A DNA stretch of 64,000 nucleotides from an uncultured Candidatus Melainabacteria bacterium (GTDB lineage: Bacteria > Cyanobacteriota > Vampirovibrionia > Gastranaerophilales > Gastranaerophilaceae), in assembly GCA_934692625.1 (NCBI GenBank), contig CAKUUC010000010.1:5337-69336 (forward strand). Reading direction: 5' to 3'. How positions within the stretch are numbered: position 1 is the stretch's first letter; every line of letters begins with the position of its first letter. Under the pieces are notes generated by a model. That model saw nothing but the letters and a program-made list of their open reading frames with translations, did not search any database and was not told the DNA's origin. The translations under genes and the position numbers were made by a program. Below, piece after piece: positions 1 to 8,984 of this stretch.

Positions 1-27
1 CATGATTTTGCTACATATAATACTTTT

Positions 28-1122
28 TTGAATAAGTTAAATCCTGATGAATGTATTGTTTGTGGCAAGTTGACTCAAGGTATTCCGTTTATTGTGGCGC
101 TTTCTGATTTGGAATTAGACTTAACAAAAGAAGATGTTTTGGGCGAAAGATATCAATTTATTCCTGTCGTAGAAGATTTACAGTTGGTTAAAGTTGATGA
201 ATTCGGTAATAAGATTCCTGTTGAAATGCCACATGCGGAAGAAAAAGTAGAAAAAACAGAAGAAAAAGTTGATACAGAAGTTGATGAATCTGTTGTTGCA
301 TCAATTCCTGTAATTGAGCAAGCGCCGATTGAAGTTGTAGATGAAGTTGAAGAACCTGAACAAAATGTTGAAATTCCGGAACCGGCTAATGTTACGGTTG
401 ACGAAACTCCATCTGGTGAAGTTTTGGATATTGAAGAAGACGATTTGAATTTGTCAGATTCCGAACCTGATTTTGTTGATTCTGATATGATTGTGGAAGA
501 TGATTATCAACAAGATTTGTCGCAACAACCTTCTCTTGACGATTTGCAAGAGCCTGTTGATTTGACACTAGATGCAAATGAACCTGATATTGAGTCATCT
601 ATTGTTGAACCTGTAGGAAATTTACTTGATGATGAACCACCTTTGGAAGAAGATGATTTGGATTCAATTTTGTCAGAAGAACCTCAGCCGGAAGATGATT
701 TTGTAACTGAACCAAGTGTGGAAGAACAAGGCTTACAACAAGGCTATCCGGCATATTCAGAAGATGCATTAACTGAAGATGATTTAAACTTTTTAGAAGA
801 AAATCAATCAAATGTTCCGGAAGAGCCATTTAATGTAGATAAAGCGGTAGATTCAATATTTGATGATGATGAAGAGTTTGAACAACCAATAGAAAACGAA
901 CCGCCGGTAGTTCCTGTTTATCCTGCTGAAGAAAATACAAACAGTGGTGAAAACTTTGAATATAAGCAAGGTGATAGAGTTACTCACCATAGATATGGCA
1001 GAGGGGTTGTTGAAAAGATTATCAAATATGGTAATAAAACTCTTTGTTCAATTTCTTTTGAAAATGTTGGACGACGTTTGCTTGACCCGACAATTACAGA
1101 TTTGAAAAAATTGTCATTTTAG
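28..1122 (+). CDS. Highly acidic low-complexity protein with N-terminal CxxC and a C-terminal PcrA/UvrD-tail-like (DUF3553-type) domain; possibly 5' truncated by the window edge
   Basis: The frame is open back to base 1, so the TTG at 28 is an arbitrary start. It has a long D/E/P/V-rich middle. The C-terminal YKQGDRVTHHRYGRGVVEKI...SISFENVGRRLL resembles the small tail domain of PcrA/UvrD helicases. Confidence 0.5.
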   Translation: MNKLNPDECIVCGKLTQGIPFIVALSDLELDLTKEDVLGERYQFIPVVEDLQLVKVDEFGNKIPVEMPHAEEKVEKTEEKVDTEVDESVVASIPVIEQAPIEVVDEVEEPEQNVEIPEPANVTVDETPSGEVLDIEEDDLNLSDSEPDFVDSDMIVEDDYQQDLSQQPSLDDLQEPVDLTLDANEPDIESSIVEPVGNLLDDEPPLEEDDLDSILSEEPQPEDDFVTEPSVEEQGLQQGYPAYSEDALTEDDLNFLEENQSNVPEEPFNVDKAVDSIFDDDEEFEQPIENEPPVVPVYPAEENTNSGENFEYKQGDRVTHHRYGRGVVEKIIKYGNKTLCSISFENVGRRLLDPTITDLKKLSF

Positions 1123-1181
1123 TTGAAAAATAATGCTATTTGTCAGGTTGATTTAAGGTAAATTTTATTCATTACAAAATG

Positions 1182-1205
1182 AGAGAAGGCTTTTGAGCCT
1201 TCTCT
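1182..1205. terminator. Hairpin between convergent genes (bidirectional terminator candidate)
   Basis: AGAGAAGGCT-TTTG-AGCCTTCTCT is a perfect 10-bp stem flanked by A/T runs. Confidence 0.5.
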
Positions 1206-1232
1206 TAAAAATATTATGCTGCTTATTTTTTG

Positions 1233-2534
1233 TTAAATTTTTCCTATTTGGAAGTATTCAAAACCTTTTTCTGCCAATCTTTTTGCATCGTATTGATTTC
1301 TACCGTCGAAAATAATTGGAGTTTTTAGAGAGTCTTTTAATTTGTCAAAATCAGGACGTCTGAATTCGTTCCATTCGGTTAAAAGAACTACACAGTCTGC
1401 ATTTTGTAATGTTTCGGCAGTAGATTTTGAATAAGTAATTTTGTCACCAAAGTGGAATTTTGCTTGTTCCATTGCTTTTGGGTCAAATGCTTGAACTTTT
1501 GCACCGTGTTCTAGTAGTGAATTAATTATTGTAATTGCAGGCGCTTCACGCATATCGTTAGTTTTTGGCTTGAAAGCAAGTCCCCAGATTGCAAAGGTTT
1601 TGCCTGTTAAATCTGTACCAAAACGGTCAAAGATTTTGTTTAGGAAAATTTTACGTTGTTGTTTGTTTACGTTGTCGGCAGATTGGATAATCGACATTTC
1701 GCAATTGTTGTCGTGACCGGTTTTAATCAATGCTTTTACGTCTTTAGGGAAACAACTTCCGCCATATCCAAGTCCGGGAAAGAGGAATTTGTTACCAATT
1801 CTTGAATCTGTAGACATGCCTATTCTGACCATTTCGGCATCAGCGCCGACTTTTTCGCAGAGGTTTGCAATTTCGTTCATGAACGATATTTTTGTAGCGA
1901 GGAATGAATTTGAGGCATATTTTGTCATTTCTGCTGATTTTACGTCCATTACGATAATTCTGTTACCTGTGCGGAAAAATGGTGAATAAATTTCTTGCAT
2001 AATTGCGGTTGCTTTGTCGGAATTTGAACCGATGATAACACGGTCAGGTTTTAGGAAATCGTCAACGGCATTACCTTGTTTTAAGAATTCAGGATTAGAA
2101 ACGACATCAAACTCGTGGGTTGTGTGTTGCTTGATGATTTCGGTAACTTTTTGAGCAGTGCCGACCGGAACGGTTGATTTGTCAACGATAACTTTGTAGC
2201 CGTTCATTGCTTTGGCGATAGATTTTGCAACTTGAAAAACGTATTGCAAATCAGCAGAACCATCTTCACCTTGTGGAGTTCCAACAGCAATAAAGCAGAC
2301 ATCAGAGGCTTTGACAGCGGAATCGATGTCTGTAGAGAAAGATAGCCGGTTTTCAAGAACATTAGATTTAACAAGTTCTTCAAGTCCTGGTTCGTAGATA
2401 GGAATGATACCGGCTTTTAGTTGGTTAACTTTGTCGATGTTGTTGTCGATACAGATAACATTGTTGCCCATATCCGCAAGACAAGCACCTGCAACCAATC
2501 CGACATATCCCGTTCCTACTACTGTTACTATCAT
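1233..2534 (-). CDS. ugd: UDP-glucose 6-dehydrogenase
   Basis: 433 aa with the N-terminal Rossmann motif VVGTGYVGLVAGACLA, the catalytic region GGSCFPKDV and a full-length family architecture. AAGGAG RBS. Confidence 0.95.
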   Translation of the reverse strand: MIVTVVGTGYVGLVAGACLADMGNNVICIDNNIDKVNQLKAGIIPIYEPGLEELVKSNVLENRLSFSTDIDSAVKASDVCFIAVGTPQGEDGSADLQYVFQVAKSIAKAMNGYKVIVDKSTVPVGTAQKVTEIIKQHTTHEFDVVSNPEFLKQGNAVDDFLKPDRVIIGSNSDKATAIMQEIYSPFFRTGNRIIVMDVKSAEMTKYASNSFLATKISFMNEIANLCEKVGADAEMVRIGMSTDSRIGNKFLFPGLGYGGSCFPKDVKALIKTGHDNNCEMSIIQSADNVNKQQRKIFLNKIFDRFGTDLTGKTFAIWGLAFKPKTNDMREAPAITIINSLLEHGAKVQAFDPKAMEQAKFHFGDKITYSKSTAETLQNADCVVLLTEWNEFRRPDFDKLKDSLKTPIIFDGRNQYDAKRLAEKGFEYFQIGKI

Positions 2535-2554
2535 TTTTTACTCCTTATATTTTC

Positions 2555-5500
2555 TTAAATCCATTCGTTTATATCTTTTTTACTAGTTGTCCATTCGTGG
2601 TTGAATGTTCTTTCTTTTACTTTGCAATATTTGCAAAATGGTATTGGTTTAGCCAAAAATTCAAGAATTTCTTCCATTGATTCTGCTTTGTAAATATCAA
2701 TGCCATCTCTATCAGTCAAAGGAAGATTGTATCCAAAATATTTGTTAAAATGTTCAATATTTGGTGCAATCGTGCATGTATAAAGCTTTCCATCTTTCAA
2801 CATAACGCACCAATTTGCGTGAAAACAGTTCATAAAACTTTCGCCTGCGTTTTGTTTTCCTTCGATATCTAAAGGAAGATGGTAGGTCGTCTTTATTACA
2901 TCTTCAGTATTGTTATAATATTCGTATTTTACTCCGTAACTTTTGGCGGTTTCCTTTGCCTTGTCGTAATCTATGTTTAACGGATATTTTGTTGGTACGA
3001 TTGTTATATCAAATTTGTTGCAGGCATTCCAAAAATCTTCATTTTGTTGATTAAGTAAAAGCCCATTTGTTACTATTTCAATTCTTGTTTTGGGAAAATA
3101 TTTTCGTGATATTTCCATAAATTTATTAATTTCAGGATGTAATAATGGTTCTCCACCCATGAGTTTAATTATTTCTAAATTTTGATTAGATAATTCAGAA
3201 AGTCGTTTTACATCATGCTCGAAACTTTCAATATTTGCTAATTTTTCAGTCGCTAATGGTGAAAAATGGTCGCAACTTTTACATTTTAAGTTGCAATGGT
3301 CGGCAAGATGATAAACAAAACTTCTAAGCGATTTTTGCGGGGTAAGACTTTTTAGAGCAGTTTTATGTTCATTTTCTAAGTTTTTTATTGTTCGTTTATA
3401 GTCATTAAGTGTGCAATTAAAATTTTTAATTTCATTTTTTTGTTGATTTAATTCTGCACTTATTTTTTCTAAAGTTTTAGAAATGGATTCTACTTGAGGA
3501 TTCAAAATTCCTGTTTGGTTTTTCATAAACTTTTCACAATTACTAAGTTTCGGAGTTATAGAACTTATACTTTGCAAGCAAGAATTGACTTTCTCGTATA
3601 ATTCTTTCTTTTTATTACGAAAAGACATTTTTATACCTAAAAAGCGTATAACTTTATAATACTTATTACACGATTCTTGATTTGTTATAGAAAATAGTTT
3701 TTTAGTTAATATAGATTTTGGTTGCAAGTTGTGTTCTAATTCTGCAATATAATCTGTTTTTCTTGCATAATCCCACCATATATAACCTAAATATGCTTCA
3801 ATATTATCCCAAGGTTTTATCTTATCAGCATAATGGATTATGTGTGGATTAGTAATGGCTTCTTCAATTTCTTTTATTCCATAGATTTCGTTAAAATATT
3901 CAATGTCTAAATTGGTGTCTTTTACATAATATTGGGAATATTTTGTCATTAAGTTATATTTTAATGGTAAGATTAAAATATTATTCCGAAAAGCAATGTT
4001 TATAATATCTTGATCTTGTGATTGGAAATTATTTTTTGTTAATTCTAATAACTTGGGAGTTAAATTATCTTTTCTAATTTTATCTAAATTCCAAAGGGTT
4101 ACACCTGCATTTATGTAATTGGAAAGGTCAGTTAATCCTAAAGAGTTATAATAATGTACGTTAGGATTTTTTAGATATCCGAATGCAACAACTCCAGCGA
4201 TATAGCTATTCGTCATATCAGTGTTATACAGATTTGCTAAATCTTGAAGTATTATAGTGTCTATGTCCAAGTAAATAGCTTTTTCAAAATTAGAAGGCAA
4301 TAATTCTGCTATTTTTAGTCGATAATAAGTTGGACTTGTAATATGAAAAATTCTCATTTCTAATGAATCGAAGTCCTCATTTATCATAATGAATTGGATA
4401 TCGGAGTTATAATATCTTTTTACAAGAGTTTCCAATTTATGCTTATTGCTTTCAGAAAATTTGCTATCACAAAGTACATAAACTTTATAATAAGTTTTGA
4501 AGTTTTTATTTTCTAGTAATGAAACTAATGCTGTACTAAGATATTTTGCGCCATTATCGTCGGTAGCAAAAACTACTGGCACGGTTGTGCATTTTTCGAT
4601 AGGTAAATTAGTTGCTTTTCCGTTTGAATATACCCATTGCATAATATTTTGCCATTCATTTCGATTAAAATTCTCTCTGAGAATTTTAGAATTTTTGTAC
4701 CCGTCCAAAAATTCTATACTTAACTTCTTGTAAAAAAGTGCTTTTAAATCGTCTGAAATTCTATTATAGTTCCACATACAAGAATTGTATTTTTTCTTAT
4801 ATACTAATGGATAAAATTTTTCTTTATCTTCTTTTTTATTTAGATATTCTTCGATTTTTTCATATTCATCAAAAATACAATAAATTTTATTTTTATTATT
4901 TACAGAAGATTGCATATTATCTTGTCTATAATAATAAAAAGGTTTATTTATATAGAACGCCTTTCGTGCGTTGAAAATAATTTGATAATAAAACCCTTGG
5001 TCTTGATATGAGGCGCCAGGAGTTGGTAAATGTCTAATATTATGTTGATTTATAAAATCTCTTTTATATATTCCAGCCCAATTTGCAATAGTGCCTGGTG
5101 ATAAATTGCGATTATAAAATTCTGTAATTACTTTATTATAAAGGCATTTATCAGTTATACAATTAGTATAAATAACGTTCCACTTTTTAGACCACCAATA
5201 ATAAAAATCAGCTTTGACAAAATCTACGTCGAATTCGGTGGCTTTGTTGTATAGAACTTCGTACATGTCTTTTGCAACAAAATCATCTGGTTCTACAATG
5301 CCGATATATTCACCTGTTGCCATGTCTAAACCTTTGTTCATCGAGTCGCCATAACCGGAATTCGGTTTGTCAATAATTTTGATACGATTATCTTTTTGTG
5401 CGTATTCTTTGATTATAGAAAGAGAGCTATCTGTAGAGCCATCGTTCACGCAGATTATTTCGATGTCTTGCAATGTTTGATTGATTACGCTGTCCAAACA

Positions 5501-5557
5501 CTCTCTCAAATATTGTTCGACATTGTAAATCGGTATGATTATACTAACCTTCGGCAT
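2555..5557 (-). CDS. Tri-modular glycosyltransferase: GT2 + GT8 + radical SAM domain fusion
   Basis: GT2 N-terminus: MPKVSIIIPIYNVEQYL...VNDGSTD, EPDD. GT8 middle: VVFATDDN, YLDIDTIILQDL, NAGVTLWNL, HYADKIKPW. After a coiled-coil linker comes HCNLKCKSC (CX3CX2C), GGEPLLHP, VTNG and a C-terminal CKYCK. GAAGGAG RBS. Confidence 0.85.
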   Translation of the reverse strand: MPKVSIIIPIYNVEQYLRECLDSVINQTLQDIEIICVNDGSTDSSLSIIKEYAQKDNRIKIIDKPNSGYGDSMNKGLDMATGEYIGIVEPDDFVAKDMYEVLYNKATEFDVDFVKADFYYWWSKKWNVIYTNCITDKCLYNKVITEFYNRNLSPGTIANWAGIYKRDFINQHNIRHLPTPGASYQDQGFYYQIIFNARKAFYINKPFYYYRQDNMQSSVNNKNKIYCIFDEYEKIEEYLNKKEDKEKFYPLVYKKKYNSCMWNYNRISDDLKALFYKKLSIEFLDGYKNSKILRENFNRNEWQNIMQWVYSNGKATNLPIEKCTTVPVVFATDDNGAKYLSTALVSLLENKNFKTYYKVYVLCDSKFSESNKHKLETLVKRYYNSDIQFIMINEDFDSLEMRIFHITSPTYYRLKIAELLPSNFEKAIYLDIDTIILQDLANLYNTDMTNSYIAGVVAFGYLKNPNVHYYNSLGLTDLSNYINAGVTLWNLDKIRKDNLTPKLLELTKNNFQSQDQDIINIAFRNNILILPLKYNLMTKYSQYYVKDTNLDIEYFNEIYGIKEIEEAITNPHIIHYADKIKPWDNIEAYLGYIWWDYARKTDYIAELEHNLQPKSILTKKLFSITNQESCNKYYKVIRFLGIKMSFRNKKKELYEKVNSCLQSISSITPKLSNCEKFMKNQTGILNPQVESISKTLEKISAELNQQKNEIKNFNCTLNDYKRTIKNLENEHKTALKSLTPQKSLRSFVYHLADHCNLKCKSCDHFSPLATEKLANIESFEHDVKRLSELSNQNLEIIKLMGGEPLLHPEINKFMEISRKYFPKTRIEIVTNGLLLNQQNEDFWNACNKFDITIVPTKYPLNIDYDKAKETAKSYGVKYEYYNNTEDVIKTTYHLPLDIEGKQNAGESFMNCFHANWCVMLKDGKLYTCTIAPNIEHFNKYFGYNLPLTDRDGIDIYKAESMEEILEFLAKPIPFCKYCKVKERTFNHEWTTSKKDINEWI

Positions 5558-6542
5558 TTTTTACTCTCCTTCTAAATTTTATTTTTATCCCTAAGATTGT
5601 TAAAATCTTATGTGTTCCATCGTCTGCATTTCGTATTGAGAAAATTGTTTTAAAAATACGTTTACTTAAATATAGGTTTTTATCTTTGATAAAATTTTTA
5701 ATATCTGGATTATATTTTTTCATTTGATATATTTTGATTATTTCATTTAGGGTCAATATATCTGCTATTCCGTTATAATGTTCATTTAATCTACTTAAAG
5801 AATAGTAATTAAGTTTATCCAAGGAATTTTGTTTTGCCATTCGCATATCATCTGATATGCCAGATAACAAATCATTTAACTTTTGTTTTGTCCAAGTTAC
5901 TTTGTTATGACCACATCGATATCCGTAAGTAATTTTATCTATAGCGTAAAAATATCTAGCAGTAATCATTGCCTTAACAAAGAATGGTGGGTCTTGAAAT
6001 CTTTTATAATTTGGATAATAAATATTATTTCTAATTAAAAATTCTCTGTTATATATAAATCTATGATAGCCGTAGTCAAATTGATAATCTTTGTAGCAAA
6101 TAATTTGATTGCTATCAAATAAATATCCACTTAATGTATTTGTATAGTTTTGAGTTATTTGTGGATTAGTATTGGTGAAGCATGCAAATTCACCACCACA
6201 AATTAGAACGTGGTTTTCTTGTGCATTGACATAAAGACTTTCAAGAATATCTTGTGTTGGATAAATATCATCAGGATCTATAAAACAAACAAATTCTCCA
6301 CTTGCTTTGTCTATACCAACGTTACGAGTTTTTCCTACCCCTTCATTCTCTTTATCAATCAAGACAATTCGGTTATCTTTTTGGGCATATTCTTTTAGGA
6401 TTTCAAGTGAATTGTCTGTGGAGCCGTCGTTTATACAAATTATTTCAATATCTCGCAAAGTCTGATTAATTACGCTGTCCAAACACTCCCTCAAATATTT
6501 CTCAACGTTATAAACAGGTATGATTACGCTAACCTTTGGCAT
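5544..6542 (-). CDS. Family 2 glycosyltransferase
   Basis: MPKVSVIIPVYNVEKYLRECLDSVINQTL...INDGSTD, DPDD. The start is moved to the internal ATG at 6542, which follows a GGAAAGGA RBS. The stop overlaps the next gene's start by 14 nt. Confidence 0.85.
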   Translation of the reverse strand: MPKVSVIIPVYNVEKYLRECLDSVINQTLRDIEIICINDGSTDNSLEILKEYAQKDNRIVLIDKENEGVGKTRNVGIDKASGEFVCFIDPDDIYPTQDILESLYVNAQENHVLICGGEFACFTNTNPQITQNYTNTLSGYLFDSNQIICYKDYQFDYGYHRFIYNREFLIRNNIYYPNYKRFQDPPFFVKAMITARYFYAIDKITYGYRCGHNKVTWTKQKLNDLLSGISDDMRMAKQNSLDKLNYYSLSRLNEHYNGIADILTLNEIIKIYQMKKYNPDIKNFIKDKNLYLSKRIFKTIFSIRNADDGTHKILTILGIKIKFRRRVKNAEG

Positions 6543-6710
6543 TACCAAATCCTTTCCGCTACTCTTTATTCTCAATTGCATAAACGAAATCTATGTATCG
6601 CTCTCTATCTTACATATTGCAAAATATGTTAAATAATCTGTTCCTATCCTATCATAAACAGAAATTTTTAGACATTCTATTTAACCTTTTGTGTAGTTTG
6701 TTAAGTTTTT

Positions 6711-6931
6711 AGATTGTCTGAAATGTTGCATAAGGTAAATTTGTTGAAGTTTTTAATCTTTTCAGAATGACGATAGCCTTGCTAGGTTGCCCCAACTTGT
6801 CACTCTGAACAGCACGAACGATAGTGAGTGCGTTGATTCAGAGTCTGTTTTATCTGAAGGTGTAGAACACTTAATATAGCTACGTCGATGGCGTTAATTT
6901 TACGTGTCAGGCAGTGCCTGACCTACGTTTT
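6711..6931 (+). repeat. Dispersed structured repeat, copy 1 (second copy at 61027-61191)
   Basis: Shares an identical 23-mer TTTTTAATCTTTTCAGAATGACG (6750-6772 = 61070-61092), a GTC-[8-bp hairpin]-CTGTTT module and the 3' block TTACGTGTCAGGC.GTGCC.TGACCTAC.TTTT with copy 2. Confidence 0.6.
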
Positions 6932-7150
6932 GCAAGGCAAAATGTTTTTACGTAAAACATTGTTAAATATTCTTGCGATTGTGCGTTTTTAATGCGAAAA
7001 TGTTTGGTAACAGAATGTCTGTTTTTTGAAAAATTTTTGTGTTTCAAATATGACGATTTTTCAAGAATAACGGGTGTATTGAGGGTTTTATTATACTGTT
7101 GTTACAGGCATGGCTGAAGTTGTACACTATTTATTTTATAGGATTATTTT

Positions 7151-8938
7151 ATGGAAAAAATAAAAAAACTAATCGAATTTTTAAAAAATCAACGTTTTGT
7201 GGTGAATTACTGCAGAATGTGGCCATACGTTCGTCCGGTTTGGTTTAGAGCGTTATGTTCAATGCTTATTTGTATTCCAATCGGTTCGCTTGATGCGGTT
7301 ATTGCACTTGCGTTAAAACCTTATATGGACTTGGTTATGGTCGAAAAATCCGTAACTTCTCCTTGGTATATTCCGTTGGGGATTGTTGCGTTTACGTCAA
7401 TTCAAGGTGGGTTAAAATACTTGTCAGCATACCTTTCAACTTGGGTTGGTGGTAGAATTACGAACGGCTTGAAGTTTGATATGTTCAAAAAACTTTTGAC
7501 ATTGCCGACTTCGTTCTATGACAAACGTAATTCCGGAGATATCGTTTTTCAGTTTAACAATCAGGCAGATACTGCGTGTTCAGGCTTGTTGGACAATTTG
7601 AGCGTTTTCACTCAGAGAATTTTCTCATCAATTTCTCTTGTTTGTGTTTTGTTTTACAACTCTTGGCAACTTGCGCTGATTGCGGTTGTAGTTTTGGGTT
7701 GTGCTTTTGCTCCGGTTGCAAAACTTCAAAAACGTATCAAATCAGTTATGGAAAAAACAGTTTTTGCAGATGCTTCGATTATCACGGAATATAACGAAGT
7801 TTTTGCGGGTAACAAGACAATTACTTCTTACAACTTGCAACAAAACGAAACTAATAAATTCTATAATATTTTGAAAAGTATTTTCACATTGAGAATAAAA
7901 ATGGTGCAAAAAACTCAATGGCTTTCTCCAATGATGCACGTAATTGTATCTGTCGGAATTGCGGCGGCTATCGGTTACGGTTCGCACTTGATTATGTCTA
8001 AGCAAATTACTTCCGGTAACTTTGTATCATTTATTACAGCGTTAATTTTGCTTTACACACCTGTTAAAAATATCGGCAATAACTTGAATGCGGTTCAATT
8101 CTCGTTCTTCTCTATCGAAAGAATTTTTGATATTTTGGATATGGTTCCTGCTATCAGAAATAAAGATAATGCAATTGAAATGGGTAGAGAACATACAAGC
8201 ATTCAATTTAACGATGTTTGTTTTGAATATGTGAAAAATGTTCCGGTGTTGAAACATATTAATCTTGATGTAAAACAAGGTGAAACTATTGCGTTTGTTG
8301 GTAATTCTGGCGGTGGAAAAACTACAATCGTAAATTTGTTACCGAGATTTTATGATATAAAATCAGGTTCAATAAAGATTGATGGCGTGGATATTAGAGA
8401 TTATACGTTGGAATCTTTAAGACAAAATATTGCAGTTGTATTTCAGGATAATTTTTTGTTTTCCGGAACGATTAAAGAAAATATTTTGCTAGGTAATGAA
8501 AATGCGACGGATGAACAGGTTCAAAAGGCCTTGAAGATGGCATATTTGGACGATTTCATTTCGACATTGAAAGACGGTATAAATACTCAAATTGGTGAAC
8601 GTGGTATATTGTTGTCAGGTGGTCAAAAACAACGTGTAGCAATTGCCAGAGCCTTTTTGAAAGATGCACCGATAATTATTTTGGACGAAGCAACAAGTGC
8701 ATTAGATAATAAAGCGGAAGCGATTGTTCAAAAAGCGATTGACAACCTAATGCAAGACAAAACGGTATTTGTAATCGCTCACAGATTGTCAACAATTAGA
8801 AATGCTAATAAAATTGTCGTAATCAATCAAGGTGAAGTTGCTGAAACCGGAACACACGAGGAATTGTTGCAAATCGAAAACGGCGCATACAAAACTCTTT
8901 ATGATATGCAGTTCAAAAAACAAGAAGTTAAGGCGTAA
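7151..8938 (+). CDS. ABC transporter, fused permease/ATPase (MsbA-like lipid/glycolipid exporter family)
   Basis: 595 aa. N-terminal six-TM domain, Walker A GNSGGGKTT, signature LSGGQKQRVAIARA and Walker B IIILDEATSALD. Confidence 0.9.
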   Translation: MEKIKKLIEFLKNQRFVVNYCRMWPYVRPVWFRALCSMLICIPIGSLDAVIALALKPYMDLVMVEKSVTSPWYIPLGIVAFTSIQGGLKYLSAYLSTWVGGRITNGLKFDMFKKLLTLPTSFYDKRNSGDIVFQFNNQADTACSGLLDNLSVFTQRIFSSISLVCVLFYNSWQLALIAVVVLGCAFAPVAKLQKRIKSVMEKTVFADASIITEYNEVFAGNKTITSYNLQQNETNKFYNILKSIFTLRIKMVQKTQWLSPMMHVIVSVGIAAAIGYGSHLIMSKQITSGNFVSFITALILLYTPVKNIGNNLNAVQFSFFSIERIFDILDMVPAIRNKDNAIEMGREHTSIQFNDVCFEYVKNVPVLKHINLDVKQGETIAFVGNSGGGKTTIVNLLPRFYDIKSGSIKIDGVDIRDYTLESLRQNIAVVFQDNFLFSGTIKENILLGNENATDEQVQKALKMAYLDDFISTLKDGINTQIGERGILLSGGQKQRVAIARAFLKDAPIIILDEATSALDNKAEAIVQKAIDNLMQDKTVFVIAHRLSTIRNANKIVVINQGEVAETGTHEELLQIENGAYKTLYDMQFKKQEVKA

Positions 8939-8955
8939 GAAAGATAACAAAAAAA

Positions 8956-8984
8956 ATACCCTCAATCTTGAGGGTATTTTTTTA
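8956..8984. terminator. Rho-independent terminator shared by convergent genes
   Basis: ATACCCTCA-ATCT-TGAGGGTAT followed by TTTTTT, with an A-run on the other side. Confidence 0.75.
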
